From the NCBI GenBank assembly GCA_951406725.2, contig OX597832.1, positions 1,302,001-1,366,000 of the forward strand: a DNA stretch of 64,000 nt, written 5' to 3'. The first letter of the stretch is position 1. Every line of letters begins with the position of its first letter. This DNA is from Octopus vulgaris (lineage: Eukaryota). Positions 37,001-52,600 of this stretch are shown here, piece after piece. Made by a program: the position numbers and the translations under genes. The notes under the pieces were generated by a model. The model had not been told where the DNA came from. It was given only the letters and a program-made list of their open reading frames with translations, and made no database searches.

Positions 37001-40000
37001 CTTAGATTCTTGCACTTATTCAACAAACACTCTGTTACGTTGACTGTTCCATATTCTAATAATAAGGATTTCTGGCATGGTAGTAAATTTGTTGGGGAAA
37101 ATAATAATGTTTATCATCATCATCATCATCATCGTTTAGCGTCCGCTTTCCATGCTAGCATGGGTTGGACGGGTCAACTGGGGTCTGTGAAGCTGGAAGG
37201 CTTCGTCAGGCCCAGTCAGATCTGGCAGTGTTTCTACGGCTGGATGCCCTTCCTAACGCCAACCACTCCACGAGTGTAGTGGGTGTTTTTTACGTGCCAC
37301 CTGCACGTATTATTATAATAATAATAATAAACAGCAGTAACAACCCATAAAGAAAAAAAGCCCAGACTCTGTTAAATGTAGCATTCATCTGTTGATAACC
37401 CAACTCATCATGAAAGATTAATCACAACAACAATCATAAAGATCAATCATCAAAATATTTTGACAGTTGATAGAATCACCTATCTAGGTAATATCATCAT
37501 CAGTTGCATTGGTAATATTGAAATTGGTGACAGCAATGGAATTGGTGAAGTTGTGGTTGTATTCCAGAGGATGTGCACTGCCTAGTTCTCCAACACCATT
37601 GGCCTACACACAAAGATCTGGTTCCATAACATAGTTCTATCAACAGTTCTCAGTGCCAGTGAAACATGGAAGAGCACTGTGAAAATTGATGAGACCAATA
37701 TCATGTGACCAGATGTCCCTGAGAGAATGTGTGAGATTCTATCTTCATGAGATGCTTGTGTTGAAAGAGAGCATGTGAGTAATACTTTTCAATGGATGGT
37801 ACCAAATATGTCTGGTTTGTGGCATTGACTCTGGCAGAGGGGCAAATTAGATGTCATAGTAATATAATATTCATGGCATTTCCAGTGTAGCATGTAGGAA
37901 GGATTATGAGAAATTTGTAACCAGGAAAGGGTGATTAGAGTAGAATCAATAAGGTATTATAAAGATGTGATAGGGGGAAATAGAAATGAAAGAGAATTAG
38001 TTAAAATCTTAGAAGATGCACTTAGGAAAGACATCACAAAAAATGTGCTTACAATCAATTATTTAACATGAAACATGAAGGTAGTCAGAGCTAAGATATG
38101 TGATCTTAGATGACTGGACAAAAGCCATTCAACATGACAATAATGGCCCAATTTAGTCTTTGGCAGACAATGATGAGCATGTGCTACTTGATCCGAAGCA
38201 GGTGTGTTCAGCTTGTGAAAGCAATTTGCTTGATTGTATGGGACATGTGGCAGGCCAGAATGCAATATAGTTTTCAGTATCTGTCTCGACAGCTTGTCAT
38301 GAAAAACCAACAACAGCTGCAGAAATGTGGAAAATGATGGTTGGCTGCACAATGGGCAAGTTTATCACCTGGTTTGGATGATCTGCCCTATGGGCTTTAC
38401 TTTGTGCATGTCATTACTGGCCTGATTGGTGATTTGCAAATTTTTGCCATCCCAAACAGACCTATCCAGAACATTCTCCATCTCATACAATACACCACAG
38501 AGTGTTTGGGCAAAGAGCCTGGCATGAGTGGGGTTCTGATAAATTTAGATTAATTGAAAGCTTTCAATAGGATTGACCACCAAAACATGATATTTGAATC
38601 ACTGCAATGTACAGTGAAATCTACTCACTGGTTATGTGAATGGCCACTTATCTTAACCATTCAGTATTTCGTGCTTGGTCAGTAGAGGTTGTCTCCTTTG
38701 TCTCTTCTGTATGAACTGACTTTTGAGCAACTACTGTGGAAACTAGAGACAGTGAGGTGTATCCTGCATGAACTAAGACCACATATGCAGACACCAGACA
38801 CCAGAGATGTTCAGCAAGCACTACTCTAAATAACTATGAAGTAGTGAAAAGAGGCAGAAGCAACCGAGAAAAGTCAGTGGGCTGGCAGCTTGGTACCTGA
38901 AGAGGTAGGTCCATGCTGTCCAACAGCATTGTGGGACCAGTTAAATTGCTCAAGACCTGGTTTGGTCCAGATCTCTGAGTGGAAAAGAACTGAGACAACA
39001 TATGCAAACATGCACAAAAGCTATACCATCTCCAGCAATTCCTTGAAGGTGAACAGGCATGGCTACCTTTTGTCAGACAGACCTTTCAACAACTTGTCTC
39101 TTTGACCGAGAAGCAATCCACGGTCAAGCAAAGACCAAATCAAGGTTCTTGGTGTTAGGAATATTGTCAAGTACTTACAGCCTGTTGAACAACATGAGAG
39201 GTGGAAGTCCCACTTTTGCTTCTAGAAGCAAACATGACATTTTGGGCATTGATGAAAATCAGCTGGCTAGTCTGTTTTAGAGGTCTTTTGGGCCAAGACC
39301 CAAGAATGATCTCCAGAAATCCCTGGCTTGGCAGTGATACTAAGTGGTTGGGGGCACTACCAGTTCAGGATAAACTCTAACCTGCCTGAGATGCATGCAC
39401 TGCAACCACACACTTAGTAACCAAGCATGACTTGACTTGAGGAGTTATGTTGAATATCTTATGTGTGTATGAGTTTGAATTCTCTCAAGGTTGATTTTGC
39501 CTTTCATCCTAGTTGATAAAATAAGTACCAGTTGAGCACTGGGGTCGATGTAATTGACTATCCCCTCTCCTAAAAATATTTCAGGTCTTTTGTCTATTGT
39601 AGAAAGGATTATTATTATTATTGTTGTTGTTGTTATTTTCTGTTGATATTGACCTGCTGAGTGACAAACAGCAACTTAGAGTAGGCTTTGTAGTATAATG
39701 TTATCACTCAACATAGTTTCCAGTACTTTTTTGTTTTACTTGTTTCAGTCATTATACTATGGCTATGCTTGGGCAGCACCTTAGAGAATTTTAATTCACC
39801 AAATTGACCTCAGTACTTATTTTTCAGTTTTAAGCCTGGTACTTATTCTAGTGGCCTCTTTTGCCAAACTGCTCAGTTATGAGGATGTAAATACACCAAC
39901 ACCATTTGTTAAGTGATGGCAGAAGACAAACACACACTCACACAAATGATGAACTTCTTTCAGTTCCTCTCTACTAAATCCCTTCACAAGGTACTTGAGC

Positions 40001-41247
40001 AAATATCTTCTACTATAGCCCAAGGCTATAGTAGATGACATTTTCCCAAGATGTCATGTAGTGGGACTGAACCTGGAACCATGTGGCTGGGAAGCAAACT
40101 CCCTACCACACCTTCATGCCAGTGGCTGTTGGGTTTTCATTCTTGGCTCAAGTAATGACAGAAAAGAAAAAAAAAATTTCAGAATATAGGTTATAAGAAC
40201 AAGAATTTATGTAGAGTGTGAGTGTTATCATTTTGCGCTATTTTCTGGATTTCAGACATGCTAGGTTTACCAGGGTTTTTTTTTTCAGGGAAGCTATTCA
40301 CAACTGGTATTGTTTTGTCTTCAGATGCCACATTGTGCTTATTTCAGTTTCTAAACAGTTATATTTGGCAAGTTTACCCTATTCCTTGGCAGGTACAGTT
40401 TTTGAGATGGTATTGTTATACTATAAGTAGGCCTTCTTTTTGGTGTCTTGAACAATAAGATCTGGGTTGTTGATATTAGTTGTGCAATCAGTATGTATTG
40501 TAAAATCTCAAAGATGGTGTTGTTGATACTTTCAACCACTGATTAAAATTGGTATCCATACCAACTTCTTGCATGTTTTGCACTAAGACTTTTGCAAAGT
40601 CCATTGAATGTATTGGTCAACTCTGTCTCATGTTTAACTTTATAATCAAATAAAGCCAGGGTTACCTATACAGATGCAAGTTCAGCTAAGTTCCAGTCGA
40701 TGACATTAAAACCATATTGTACATCAGGCACTGCTAAGCTGTTAATAGCTTTTACATAGTTCTTGGAATTTAATTCAGTATTCAGGATCAGCTTAACTCT
40801 TCTGTAGTACTCTTTTCTCAAGTCTCCGCCATCATTTGTGCATGCTGAATACTATCACTCTTATTAATGTCAAAATATTTATAAATTTCTTCTGGGGTAA
40901 CCATGTATCTCCTCTATAGAAGGCCACCTGTTTCTGTCCTGTTATACTCTAACCTCTCATCACCTGGCACAAAGCCACTTCTTTCAATACCACCCTCCTC
41001 TCAAAGGATCTATGTCATGCAAGTGACCTTGTTGGTACTGGTGTCATGTAAAAAGCCTCCAGTTCAACCTGTAAAGTGGTTGGCATAGGGAAGGGCATCC
41101 AGTCAAAAAAATTATGCCAAAGTAGAGAGGAGCTTGGCACACTCTTCTGGCTTACTGGTTCTTGTCAAACCATCTAACCATGCCAGTATGGAAATCAGGT
41201 ATTAAATGATAATGTGTGCGTGTGCGTGTGTCTGTGTGCATGTAAAG

Positions 41248-41324
<77 letters not shown>

Positions 41325-41509
41325 TGCAGGAGTGGCAGTGTGGTAAGAAGCTTGCTTCCTAACCACATGGTTCCAGGTTCAGACCCACTGCGTGACACCT
41401 CGAGCAAGTGTCTTCTACTGTAGCCACTGGCCAACCAAAGCCTTGTGAGTGGATTTGGTAGACAGAAACTGAAAGAGTCATGTCACTTACATACATGCAT
41501 GCATGCATT

Positions 41510-41557
<48 letters not shown>

Positions 41558-44500
41558 TACATACATATAAGTTTAGAAATAGCAGTCAAAAAATCTTAGC
41601 TAAGATTTTTTGACTGCTATTTCTAAACTTCGGTTTAGACTGTTATTTCTAAATTTCAGACCATGATATGGTCCTTTTCATGCCGAATTCTACTTGGTGA
41701 AATTATTGATTACTTCTTAGTTAATTAATTTCACCCTTTGTTATTATACATATATATATATATATGTATGTGTATATTTATGTGTCTGTGTTTGTCCCCC
41801 CACCATCGCTTGACAACCAATTTTGATGCGTCCCTGTAACCTAGCGGTTCAGTAAAAGAGACTGATAGAGTAAGTGCTAGGCTTACAAAGAATAAGTCCT
41901 GGATAAATTTGTTCAACTAAAGGTGGTGCTCCAGCATGGCAACAGTCAATTGACTGAAACAAGTAAGAATAAAGAATATATACATATATATATTTCTTTA
42001 TTGCCCACAAGGGGCTAAACATAGAGGGGACAAAGAAGGACAGACAAAGGTATTAAGTCGATTACATCGACCCCAGTGCGTAACTGGTACTTAATTTATC
42101 GACCCCGAAAAGATGAAAGGTAAAGTCGACCTCGGCGGAATTTGAACTCAGAACGTAAAGGGCAGACGAAATTCGGCTACGCATTTCGTCCGGCGTGTTA
42201 ACGGTTCTGCCAGCTCACCATATATATGCATATATATTACAAATGCGTGTATGCATGTATATGGATAAATACACCTTGGAAAAAACAGAAAAAGCAGGCA
42301 AAATAAGAGTTACAATACAAGTAGGATTCATGGAAGATTCAAAGAATCACAGATTGCAACTAACAATGCCTAGCATTCCAGATGGACCAACATAAATGCA
42401 TGTAAACACACACACACACATACACGTGAGTGGGAAAGTGTGTTACTAAAATGAAGAAGCTAGAGCATATTCTAGCTTCCAAGTTTTCCAATCTTATAAG
42501 AATACTTCCAAATTATGGAATGAAGATACCAAATGAGAAGAAGAAAGTCCATAAAATGTAGGGAAAATAACAAAAGTTGTTTACTAATTACAAGAAAAAA
42601 GTATGAAAAAAAGTCCATAATACAAACAAAACGATGATGTGAAAGTATAGACAAATAAATGACAGATGGAAATAGATTAGAAAGGAACATCCAAAAACAT
42701 ATAAAGAAATGACCTCATAACATGTTTCCATACATCCCCAAACATATACAGAAATGACCTCAAGCAGATTTCTAGTGCAAACTGAAAACTTGTACACTAT
42801 GATTTCAAAATATAACACTCATGCAAACAAACACATAAGATAGGGAAAATATAAATTCATCCATATACCTGATGGATAAATACACCTTGGAAAAAACAGG
42901 AAAAGCAGGTAAAATAAGAGTCACAATACAAGTAAGATTCATGGAAGATTCAGAGAATCACAGATTGCAACTAACAATACCTAGCATTCCAGATGGACCA
43001 ACATAAACATAAATAAAAAAAAAAAGGCAGGAAGAGACAGATATAAATTTGACTGCTGAACTTAAAGGGTTACTACAGCTTCAAAACTATCCCTTGAAAT
43101 TAATAGATAATGAAATTAGAAATTCAAAGGGACTGGATCTAACAGCTGAGAATACCTAGAAGAAAAGTTGAGAATATTATTCCATTTGTCAACACATATA
43201 ACCCAAGAGTGACAATGTAAATGCAAATTTTCCAATCCTATTTCTAAGCCCCAAAATGAAAGACTTTGTCAAAGAAAATATCTAAACACATATCTTACAA
43301 GGGCACAGTTCATGTCAGGGGATAACTCTGAACTCTTTAAAGAGCTTGTGGAGGCAGCAGTAATGACCTCACATATTTGGAAACTGGATCCAATATAAAA
43401 TTTAAAAGCAAATTATTTTTTTAAATAAATGCAAGCATGAACTGCCAAACACAAAACCTATTATATTGCATAACCTGCCCCATCTATGAAGAAAATTTCA
43501 TCAGTCAGATTGGAAACTCTTTGTGAATGAGCAAGAAAATAAAGATAAATTTCAGAAGATCTCATTGAAAAAAACATCTAGAAATCTACAGAAACAATAA
43601 ATTCAAGATTTTCCCAAGGAATGGTTCAAAATATCACAAGAAAATGTAGAAACATTTTATGAAACATTTGCTCCATAATTAAACTCGTATCATATTTATA
43701 GAAACATGGAAAATTTTATCAAAAATGATTTTTCCAGATTAACCAAACCAAGTCATCATCAGATATTCATGATGATGTTGCCTTTGTTACAAACACAAAT
43801 TTTTAAACAATCACCACACACGCACACACAGACACACACACACGTACATACAAATATTTAAGACTGTTCAATGACAGCTCCAGATTAAAACCAACAATAT
43901 ATTGAAATTAATAAACAGCTAGACATTTCTGAACTGACTTGTCATCAAAATAACCAACCAGAAATCTCTTGTTCTTTGTCTCATTTTTCAATAAACAGCT
44001 GACATTTCCTATATACCATGAAATCAATAAATGGCTGGCCCATATGGACAAAAATACCACTCTTTATAGGCCACTCTCAAACAGTCTTTATACAACCCCC
44101 AAACAAAAGTAAATAAATTTATCAAAAGTATTTGAATTCCTGGCATTTTTTCAATAAACTGTTGACATCTGTTACATATTCATATATGAAGCAATATATT
44201 TAATATCCTACAACTTTTGAAAACTTCTATCAGGAATGAAAGTGCTTAAAGAAAATGATTAGTAAAAATTATTTCTACTATAGACACAAGGCCTGAAATT
44301 TGTGGGTCTAGTCAATTGCATTGACCCCAGACCTTGACTAATACTTATTTTATCCACCTCAAAAAGATGAAAGACAAAGTCAACCTCAATGTAAGTAATT
44401 ATCCTTTCTACTATAGGAATAAGGTCTGAAATTTTGTGGAAGGAAAAGAGGCAATTGCATTGACTGATGAAATTGACTGATGAAAATTGACTCCAGTGCT

Positions 44501-46554
44501 CCACTGGTACTTATTTTATCGATCCCAAATGGATGAAAGGTTAAGTCAACCTTAGTAGAATTTGAACTTGGAACATAATACTGGAAGAAATGTTGCTAAG
44601 CATTTTGTCTGATGTGGTAATGATTCTGCTAACTCACTGCCTATATCTCTATGATAATAAATATGAAATTCTGTCCCTCTGAGACCCCTGTTTCTCAGTC
44701 TACATTTGCTCGACATAGACATATTATAACTTTTTGGAATCAAGATGATCCTGGGATTGAAAATCTGCCTTTCATTTGGTTCTTGAACATCCAGCATTGG
44801 GATCTGATTTAAAAGTATTTGGGTTGCTATTTCTAGCAGGTAAAACTTAGCTGATTCATGCCATCTTGGTTGGTGTTTGTCAGATGATGTCAGAGATCAA
44901 GGGGGAGATAAATGACATTAGCTTCATTAATCTTATGTTGAGATAAGAACTTTGGGACAAATTAGCCAACACTGGAATTCAAATTGGCTAAATTGACCAG
45001 GTTGGAATTCAGATCGGGATTGGAACAATAGAATGATTGCATTACAGAATTAACTCTCATCCGTCCTTAACCTCTGATCAAACACCACCAGGGCATATAA
45101 TCATTATAGATGTATTATAGTCATGCTATTTAGCTTTTTTCAGTTTTGGGCTGCAGGCCCAGTTAGCCCTGTGCTTAAAAGTCAGTTTTTAAGCTAATAA
45201 GTAATAGTAAAAAGTATTTTACTAACTTCTGACAACTTTCTTCTATGCTGATGACCTTGTTCTTATAGCTGAATCACTACCTGAACTAGAGAGGAAATTT
45301 CAGGTGCGGAAGCAAGGTCTGGAATCTAAGGGCCATAGAGTTAATTTAGCTAAGACTAAAATCCTAGTATGTAAGAAGACAGACAAATCTCAAATCCCTT
45401 CAGGGAGATGGTTCTGCTTGATATGTAGGAACGGTGTTGGTAGAAACTCCATTTGGTGTATCCAGTGCAAGCTATGGACACATAAGAAGTGTAGTGATAT
45501 CATGTGCAGGTTAACAGAAAAAGCAGCCTTTGTATGTGTCAGATGTGCTGATACAATAAACACTAATAATATACAGAGAATAGACTTCCTCAAATGTCTG
45601 GAGGGATCCTTAGAAGTAGTAGATATTTCCATTTCCTAGGCCACCTAGTTAGCTGTGGGGGAAGAAGTTCTGAAAGTGTAGTTACTTGAATAAAAACAAG
45701 CTGGGCAAAATTCAGAGAGCTACTACCTTTGTTGGGAACAAAGGATCTCTCCCTCAGAGCGAAGGGCAGATTGTATAATGCCTGTGTATGTACAGATATG
45801 TTACATGGTAGTGAAACATGGGCTATGACTTTAGAGGACATGCAAAGGCTTGAAGGAAATGAAACCAGTATGCTCTGCTGGATAGGTAATGTCTGTGTAT
45901 GTATGACTGAATGTAAATGGTTCGAGAGAAAAATTAGGTATAAGAGGCATTAGTTGTAGGGTGCAAGAGAGAAGACTGCATGTGATGTATATGGATGAGG
46001 ACAACTGCATTAAAAAATGTTGATCTCTAATTGTGGAGGGAACCTGTGCAAGAGTAGACCTAAGATGTGGGACAAAGTAGTGAGAAAGGATTCCAAATGT
46101 TGGGCTTCACAGAGGAAATGACAAAGGACTGAGACTTCTGGAGGGTTGCTGTGCTTGAGAAGACATGTCAAGCTAAGTAAAACTTTGGCTGTCCATACAT
46201 ACAGATAAGTCCTCTTCATCCATCTCTCAGTCAAGAGGCCCTTCCATTGAGATCTTGTGGGTGCTGGTGTGGCATAAAAAGCACTCATACCAGTGTCACA
46301 TGAGAGTGTCCATGCTGATGCCACATAAAAGAACCCATGCTGGTGTCACATAGAGACGCCTGTGCCAGTGTCATGTAAAGAGCACCCAGTACACTCTGTA
46401 AAGTAGATGGCATTAGGAAGGGCATCCAGCTGTAGAAACTATGCCAAAATAGACAGTTGGAACCTGGGCAGCTCCCCAGATGGCCAGCTCCTGTCACATC
46501 GTCCTTGCCAGCATGGAAAGCAGATGTTAAATAAGTAAATGATGATAATGATGA

Positions 46555-46596
<42 letters not shown>

Positions 46597-46603
46597 TATA
46601 TAC

Positions 46604-46646
<43 letters not shown>

Positions 46647-49600
46647 TGTATATTGGTATGTAAGTATACCTGTGTATCTAGATGGGGATATATATAAATT
46701 TGTGGATATATATGTTTCTGTAAATTGATGAGTATATGTGTGTGTGCTGATTAGTGTCAGTGAAAATGTATGATAATTAACAGCTTAGCTGCCTAATGCA
46801 AGAAATAAATAAGATCTTTGAAATCTAGTAGCTATAGCCATATCTGTCTTAATTTTAATAGACATTGGTGACAGATGTAATTCCTTATCTTTCCTTTACT
46901 ATCTATATTGGCAAATTATTTAACCTATTTTAGCTCAGTAGTCATGTTCCTTGATACTGTAACACTGCTCACAGTCAAGTATAAATCCTAAAAATTTCTA
47001 ATGCAAGTTATGCAATCTCTGAAGATTTGATTACATAATCTGCTTATAAGTTCTTATATAACAGATATTATTTTCATTATTAATGAAATACATGTAAAAT
47101 GATATCATCATCATCACCGTTTAACGTCCGCTTTCCGTGCTAACCAAATATTTCTGCTCTTTATATTTTCAGCTCTGTTACCTAGGAATTGTCTTGTATG
47201 GACCTAGTATTGCACTGGAAGCAGGTATGTAAATATATTTTTCAATATTAGTGTCGCTTTTTAATATGATGGTTAATATTTTGAGAAGCTAAAACTGTTT
47301 ATATTATGATAAAAAAATCTGATGGATTTGCATGTACAGAAAATTAAGAAAAAGAAAAGCAAGTTAGGAATCAAACAATAGAATATTTTTAAGCTGACAG
47401 ATGAGCATTAATGTACTTAAAAGAAAGGAGCATAAAGTATTATTTTCGAGAAGTTTTAAATGAAACTATGAGTGGTAGAATAATGAGGGCCAATGTCAAA
47501 GAAAAGCAACAGTGAACCAGCTATTGAGGTTAGTTTCACTATGGTTACTAAGGCTAACAGATGAAGGCATGGTAAGCATCTGGCCTATCATAGATAATAA
47601 CTGAGACATTGAAAGTATCAAACTATGGAGTTACTTAGTTGATTTTTTTCTTTTATGCTGCTTTTGCTGATTCCCATGGCTCTCTGCCACCACACAATTC
47701 CATCATTATTATGAATTTGAATTGGAAGCCTGAGCCATAGTAAATATTTCATTAACTGATTGCACAACCATGGACATCACCTCCATAGATGCATTGCAGT
47801 TGCTTTCTTGGTAGAGCTTGGTGATCCTGACCATTGATCTTCTAGGATTCCTCTGCTCAGCATCAATGTAAGAAGCACCATTGGCTCAGTTGAGGTCTTC
47901 TGTTACCTCTTCACAATCCATAATGCTGCAGACTCATGACTTTGTTGTATCCCTGGTGGGTTAGCTGAATGGGTGCTATGCCTTGCCAAAGGGTAGTGCA
48001 TAACTATGCAGGGCATGGTCATCACTCCATCAAGTATTTGCAAAATACCTGCATGTCTATACTTAGTTGTTAATCTCTTTAATAACATGTATATGAGTAT
48101 CTTAGCCAACTTCTGTAGAAGAAAAAGGTGTCTACTAGATAGTAGTAACTACAGAAGCTTTAAACTGGTGAGTTATGTCTTGAAAGTAGCAGAGAGTTTT
48201 GGGGAAATTAGTTTAAGATATGGTTAATTTTGATGATGTGCAATTTAGGTTTATGAGGCATTGAACTGCAGACGTAATATTTCTTGTTAAAGGCAAGAGA
48301 ATGTCTCGGTTTAGAACAAGACATTCTATGGTTTTGAAAAGGCATGTGATAGGGTCTCTTGCCCAGCAGGTTTGATGGATAAAAGTCAAGCTTAAATGAA
48401 GCTCATTTTAGAAATGTGATACTACATGGTAATGAGACATGAATTTCAAATCTAGAAATTTAGCAATTGCTAGAAAGATCAGTTGTGTTCTATTAGATGT
48501 GTAATAATAATTTGTATGAAAAAAAAAGACGGCATTAAAATCATCTACCAATATCAATACACACTGGGTAGATGGTTGCTCTCATGTAGATATATGATAC
48601 CAATTAACAATAAGTGTTTGATTTAAAATTACTATGTACTGTCAGTGGAGGAAACCAATGAAAAAAGTAGAATAAAGATGTAATCAAACAAAAAAGTAGT
48701 AAGAGAAGATGGTGAGCTTCATACAAGAGATTATGAAAGACTGACACAGATATTGATATATAATAAGCTATCTAAACTATGCCAACATGACTTAATGATG
48801 ATGATGATGGCAATTGGTGGATTTTAAAAATGCATTGCTTTGGAAAAGTTATACATTTTAACAAGTTTTGTTAGCTCTACATTGTGGCTTTATTGATAAG
48901 GACTTCATCCATATTTTCCTGATTGTATTAATTTTATTGGAGGACAAATTAAAACAAAATATTCTGACATCCATCAAGGATGTATAGCAGAAAATATCAG
49001 CCAATAACAGCTTCGTCATTTTCAGAAATATCACAAAGAATAACCTAATTCTTCAGCTTGAATCCTTATTTGTAAAATTTAGAGAAATTTTTAAATAAGT
49101 TGTGAAACTTTTGGTTAATCTTGTAATCTGATCTTATTACAGTGACACAATTCCCAATGTGGTGTTCCATAATTATAGTAGCACTATCATCAGCAATATA
49201 CACCTCACTGGTAATTACATTTTTTTCTCTTACTGAGTCTAGAGAAGTGGCAGTGGCTATGATGCTTGCAGGTCTTGTGAAGTTTGTGAGGTTGATGCTG
49301 TTAATGTTTTGTTTAAACCGTTGCAGGTCAACACCAGCAGAAAGACATGAACAAGGAGGAGATTCCAGTGGAATGACAATCTAGGAAGAAAGGACTGAAC
49401 ATAATGTTTTGCACAGGGCTGGAGGAGTTGGATGTACAAGGGTGATAAGATGTGGAAAGATGAGGGATTAAAGGGTGTCTGAATGGTGGCAGTATGAAGC
49501 TAACCATAACAATAGGAAAGACAGAGAGACTGGAGTATTTCCATTAAAGACTGAATGCTAATCATTTGAGTGGCCTTCTCTAGATGCAGTCCACGATGTC

Positions 49601-52600
49601 CAGGTGTAGCTACAGTATGACCCAGATATGGGTCATACTCCTTTATAATCCTTATAGAATCTCAGCAGCTGTTGGGGACTGACATATTTTCTGGCCTTGA
49701 AGAGAAGGGCTAGTCTTTGGGACATGATCCTAGCTATACTAAGAATGTGCTTAATCCTGCTGAGGTAGACTTTGCCTTTCATTCTTTGAAGTTGATAAAA
49801 TAAGTATAATGTCAATGCTTTGTACACCAAGTTAGAAATTATATCTTTAATGTGCATCCATGAAAGAAAATGTCTCTGAATAGATAGATTCATTTGAATG
49901 CACATGGAAACACAAGCTGAATTCTTCCTTCAAAAACATTCCAATCCTTTTTAAAAGCATTATATGAAATATTGCATTGGAAAGATTTCATAAAAGAATA
50001 AGGTTAATGTTACAAAGCCTATGCTGTACCTCATTCTTCACCTCACTGTATGTAAGTGATGTTGAAATCCTTGAAAACAGTCAGTCTATATATACATATC
50101 TAAAGTCCTTAGTACTTCAGCACTGACTGCAATGGAGTGGTCATGTGGTCAGAGTGAAAGATAATCAGATCTTCAAGCAATTTCTGTACGATGAGTTAGC
50201 TCAGTGTAAAAGACCGGTGTACAAATGGAGATCAAGGTATAAGGACTGCATCAAGAATATGATCAAAATCTTGGAAAAATGGTATGGGAAAACCTCATTC
50301 TAGATTGTTCACTATGGAGGAAAACAGTGCTTGATGAGAGGAGGGGAAGTTGAACAAAATTGTATTGAGCATGACCAGCTCAAGGGAGATGTTTGTAAAC
50401 CAAATACGCAGGAATGTTGTTAACTATATATATTATATGGCATCTCTTCTTGTAGGGAATGTGGGAAAAATGAGCATAAGGAAGTAAACTGAAACATCAA
50501 CAAAAGAATATTGTAACACCTACGGAAAGATGAGTTAAATTCATGCTGCTCATGTTTCAGACAACAATCAAGTGATGACATTACTTGAAATCGAGTTGCA
50601 GCCATCGTGTGTGTGTGTTGTGATTGTGCGCGTGTGTGTACATGTTTGTGTGTGTGTGTGAGCGTGTGTGTGTGTGTACATGTCTGTGTGTGTGTATTTA
50701 TGTATGTATGTATTTATATATGTACATATGTATTCATATATATTTGTGTATCTAAGTATCTATATATCTGTGTGTGTGTGTTTGTTTATAAATATAAAAT
50801 TTCAGGTTATGTGGTTAAAGAATAAGTATCTCTATCTATTCAAATATTTCGTGCCATTTTATTTCCTCACATATACCTATACTTTACATCACTTTGAAGA
50901 ATTTAACTTGGACTTAATTCTCTAATGATATAGATATAACCATCTATGAAGTTGTGGTCATAATATATACATAATGAAACACATTTACAAGTGCAAGAGT
51001 GGCTGTGTAGTAAGTAGCTTGCTTACCCACCACATGGTTCCGGGTTCAGTCCCAATGCATGGCACCTTGGGCAAGTGTCTTCTACTATAGCCCATTGTAT
51101 GTATGTATGTATGTATGTATGCATGTATGTTTGTATGTATGTATGTATGTATGTATGTATGTGTATATGTTTGTGTGTCTGTGTTTGTCCCCCCAACATT
51201 GCTTGACAACCAATGCTGTTGCATTTACATCCCTGTAACTTAGTGGTTTGGCAAAAGAGACCGATAGAATAAGTACTAGGCTTACACAGAATAAGTCCTA
51301 GGGTCAATTTGTTTGACTAAAGGTGGTGCTCCAGCATGGTTGCAGTCAAATGGCTGAAGCAAGTAAAAGAATAATGGGAAAAAACCTTTTCATTACATAT
51401 GGGTGTGTCACTGAATAGTGAGGGTGGGGCTCAAAGTGTGACACACTGACACACAGAAATTAGTTTTTGCATTGGTTTCAAATTTTGGCACAAGGCCAGA
51501 AAGTTTGGAGGAGGGGATAAGTTGATTATATCCATTCTAGTGTTCAACTGGTACTTATTTTATTGACCCTGAAAGGATGAAATGCAAAGCTGACCTTGGC
51601 GGAATCTGAACTCAATGTGAAGATGGATGAAACACTGCTAAGCATTTTGCCAGACTTGCTAATGATTCTGTAATCAATGAAAAATATGGAGGATTCAATC
51701 CTATTAGTGATAAGTTTCTTAACAATTACTAGGGGTCACTAATGTTGCTTGTGATGAGTTCATGGTAAGTGCATTTATCCATTGATATAAGTTTTTTTTT
51801 TAACTGATTGGACAAAAATCTGGTGACAGTTTTTAATGTGAATCAACTTCTCAGTGGTTTTGGAACTCATGCTTAATATTCCTTAACTTCAAGTTCTTAA
51901 TTAGTAGAAAAATTTGAACTTCTTTATGTCTGGGGCTAGATCTCACAGTTCACTGTCTCAAATTGTAAGCTATACACTCATTACATTAACCAATGTTTTG
52001 GTGCCATTCCTGCTCCCTGAACAATGCAATACCTTCATCCCTTTTATAAACTTTTTTTCTCTCCATAGAATTCTCCTCCTGCATTTCTGACATCAGAATT
52101 AACTTTCTCGACGTCTTTATTATTATCAAACATTCTCCTTTTGCGTCTCTAATCTATGTCATCTAGTTGTCTGGGGCTCTTTCCCAACCCTCTGCACGTA
52201 ACTTGGAACCCACTTTTGTTCTTACTCCTACTGTAACACTTGTCCCTTACTTTTCTCCAATATTACCTTCCTTACCTGGCCCAACCATTACTCTTTTTAT
52301 ATAACTGACTCCTTCATCCACACCTGAATCTAAAATAACCCGTCAAATAGGATAATGTTTGTGATAGCACTTCACAAAACATTTGCAGAACATCAGACAT
52401 TGTAATTACTTCTCTGCTGCATACCATTTCTGTCCTGTAGACCTCTTCACCAGGCACTAATCTGTGTTTAGTGTAGTTCTACACAGCAGTTATCCAGCCT
52501 CATATTAATCGGGAACTCATATTTACTCTTCAAAGTTTCATTCTTCATGGACTCAACTACTCTACTGCACTCTTTTTCTTTAATGTGCACACCAACACAT

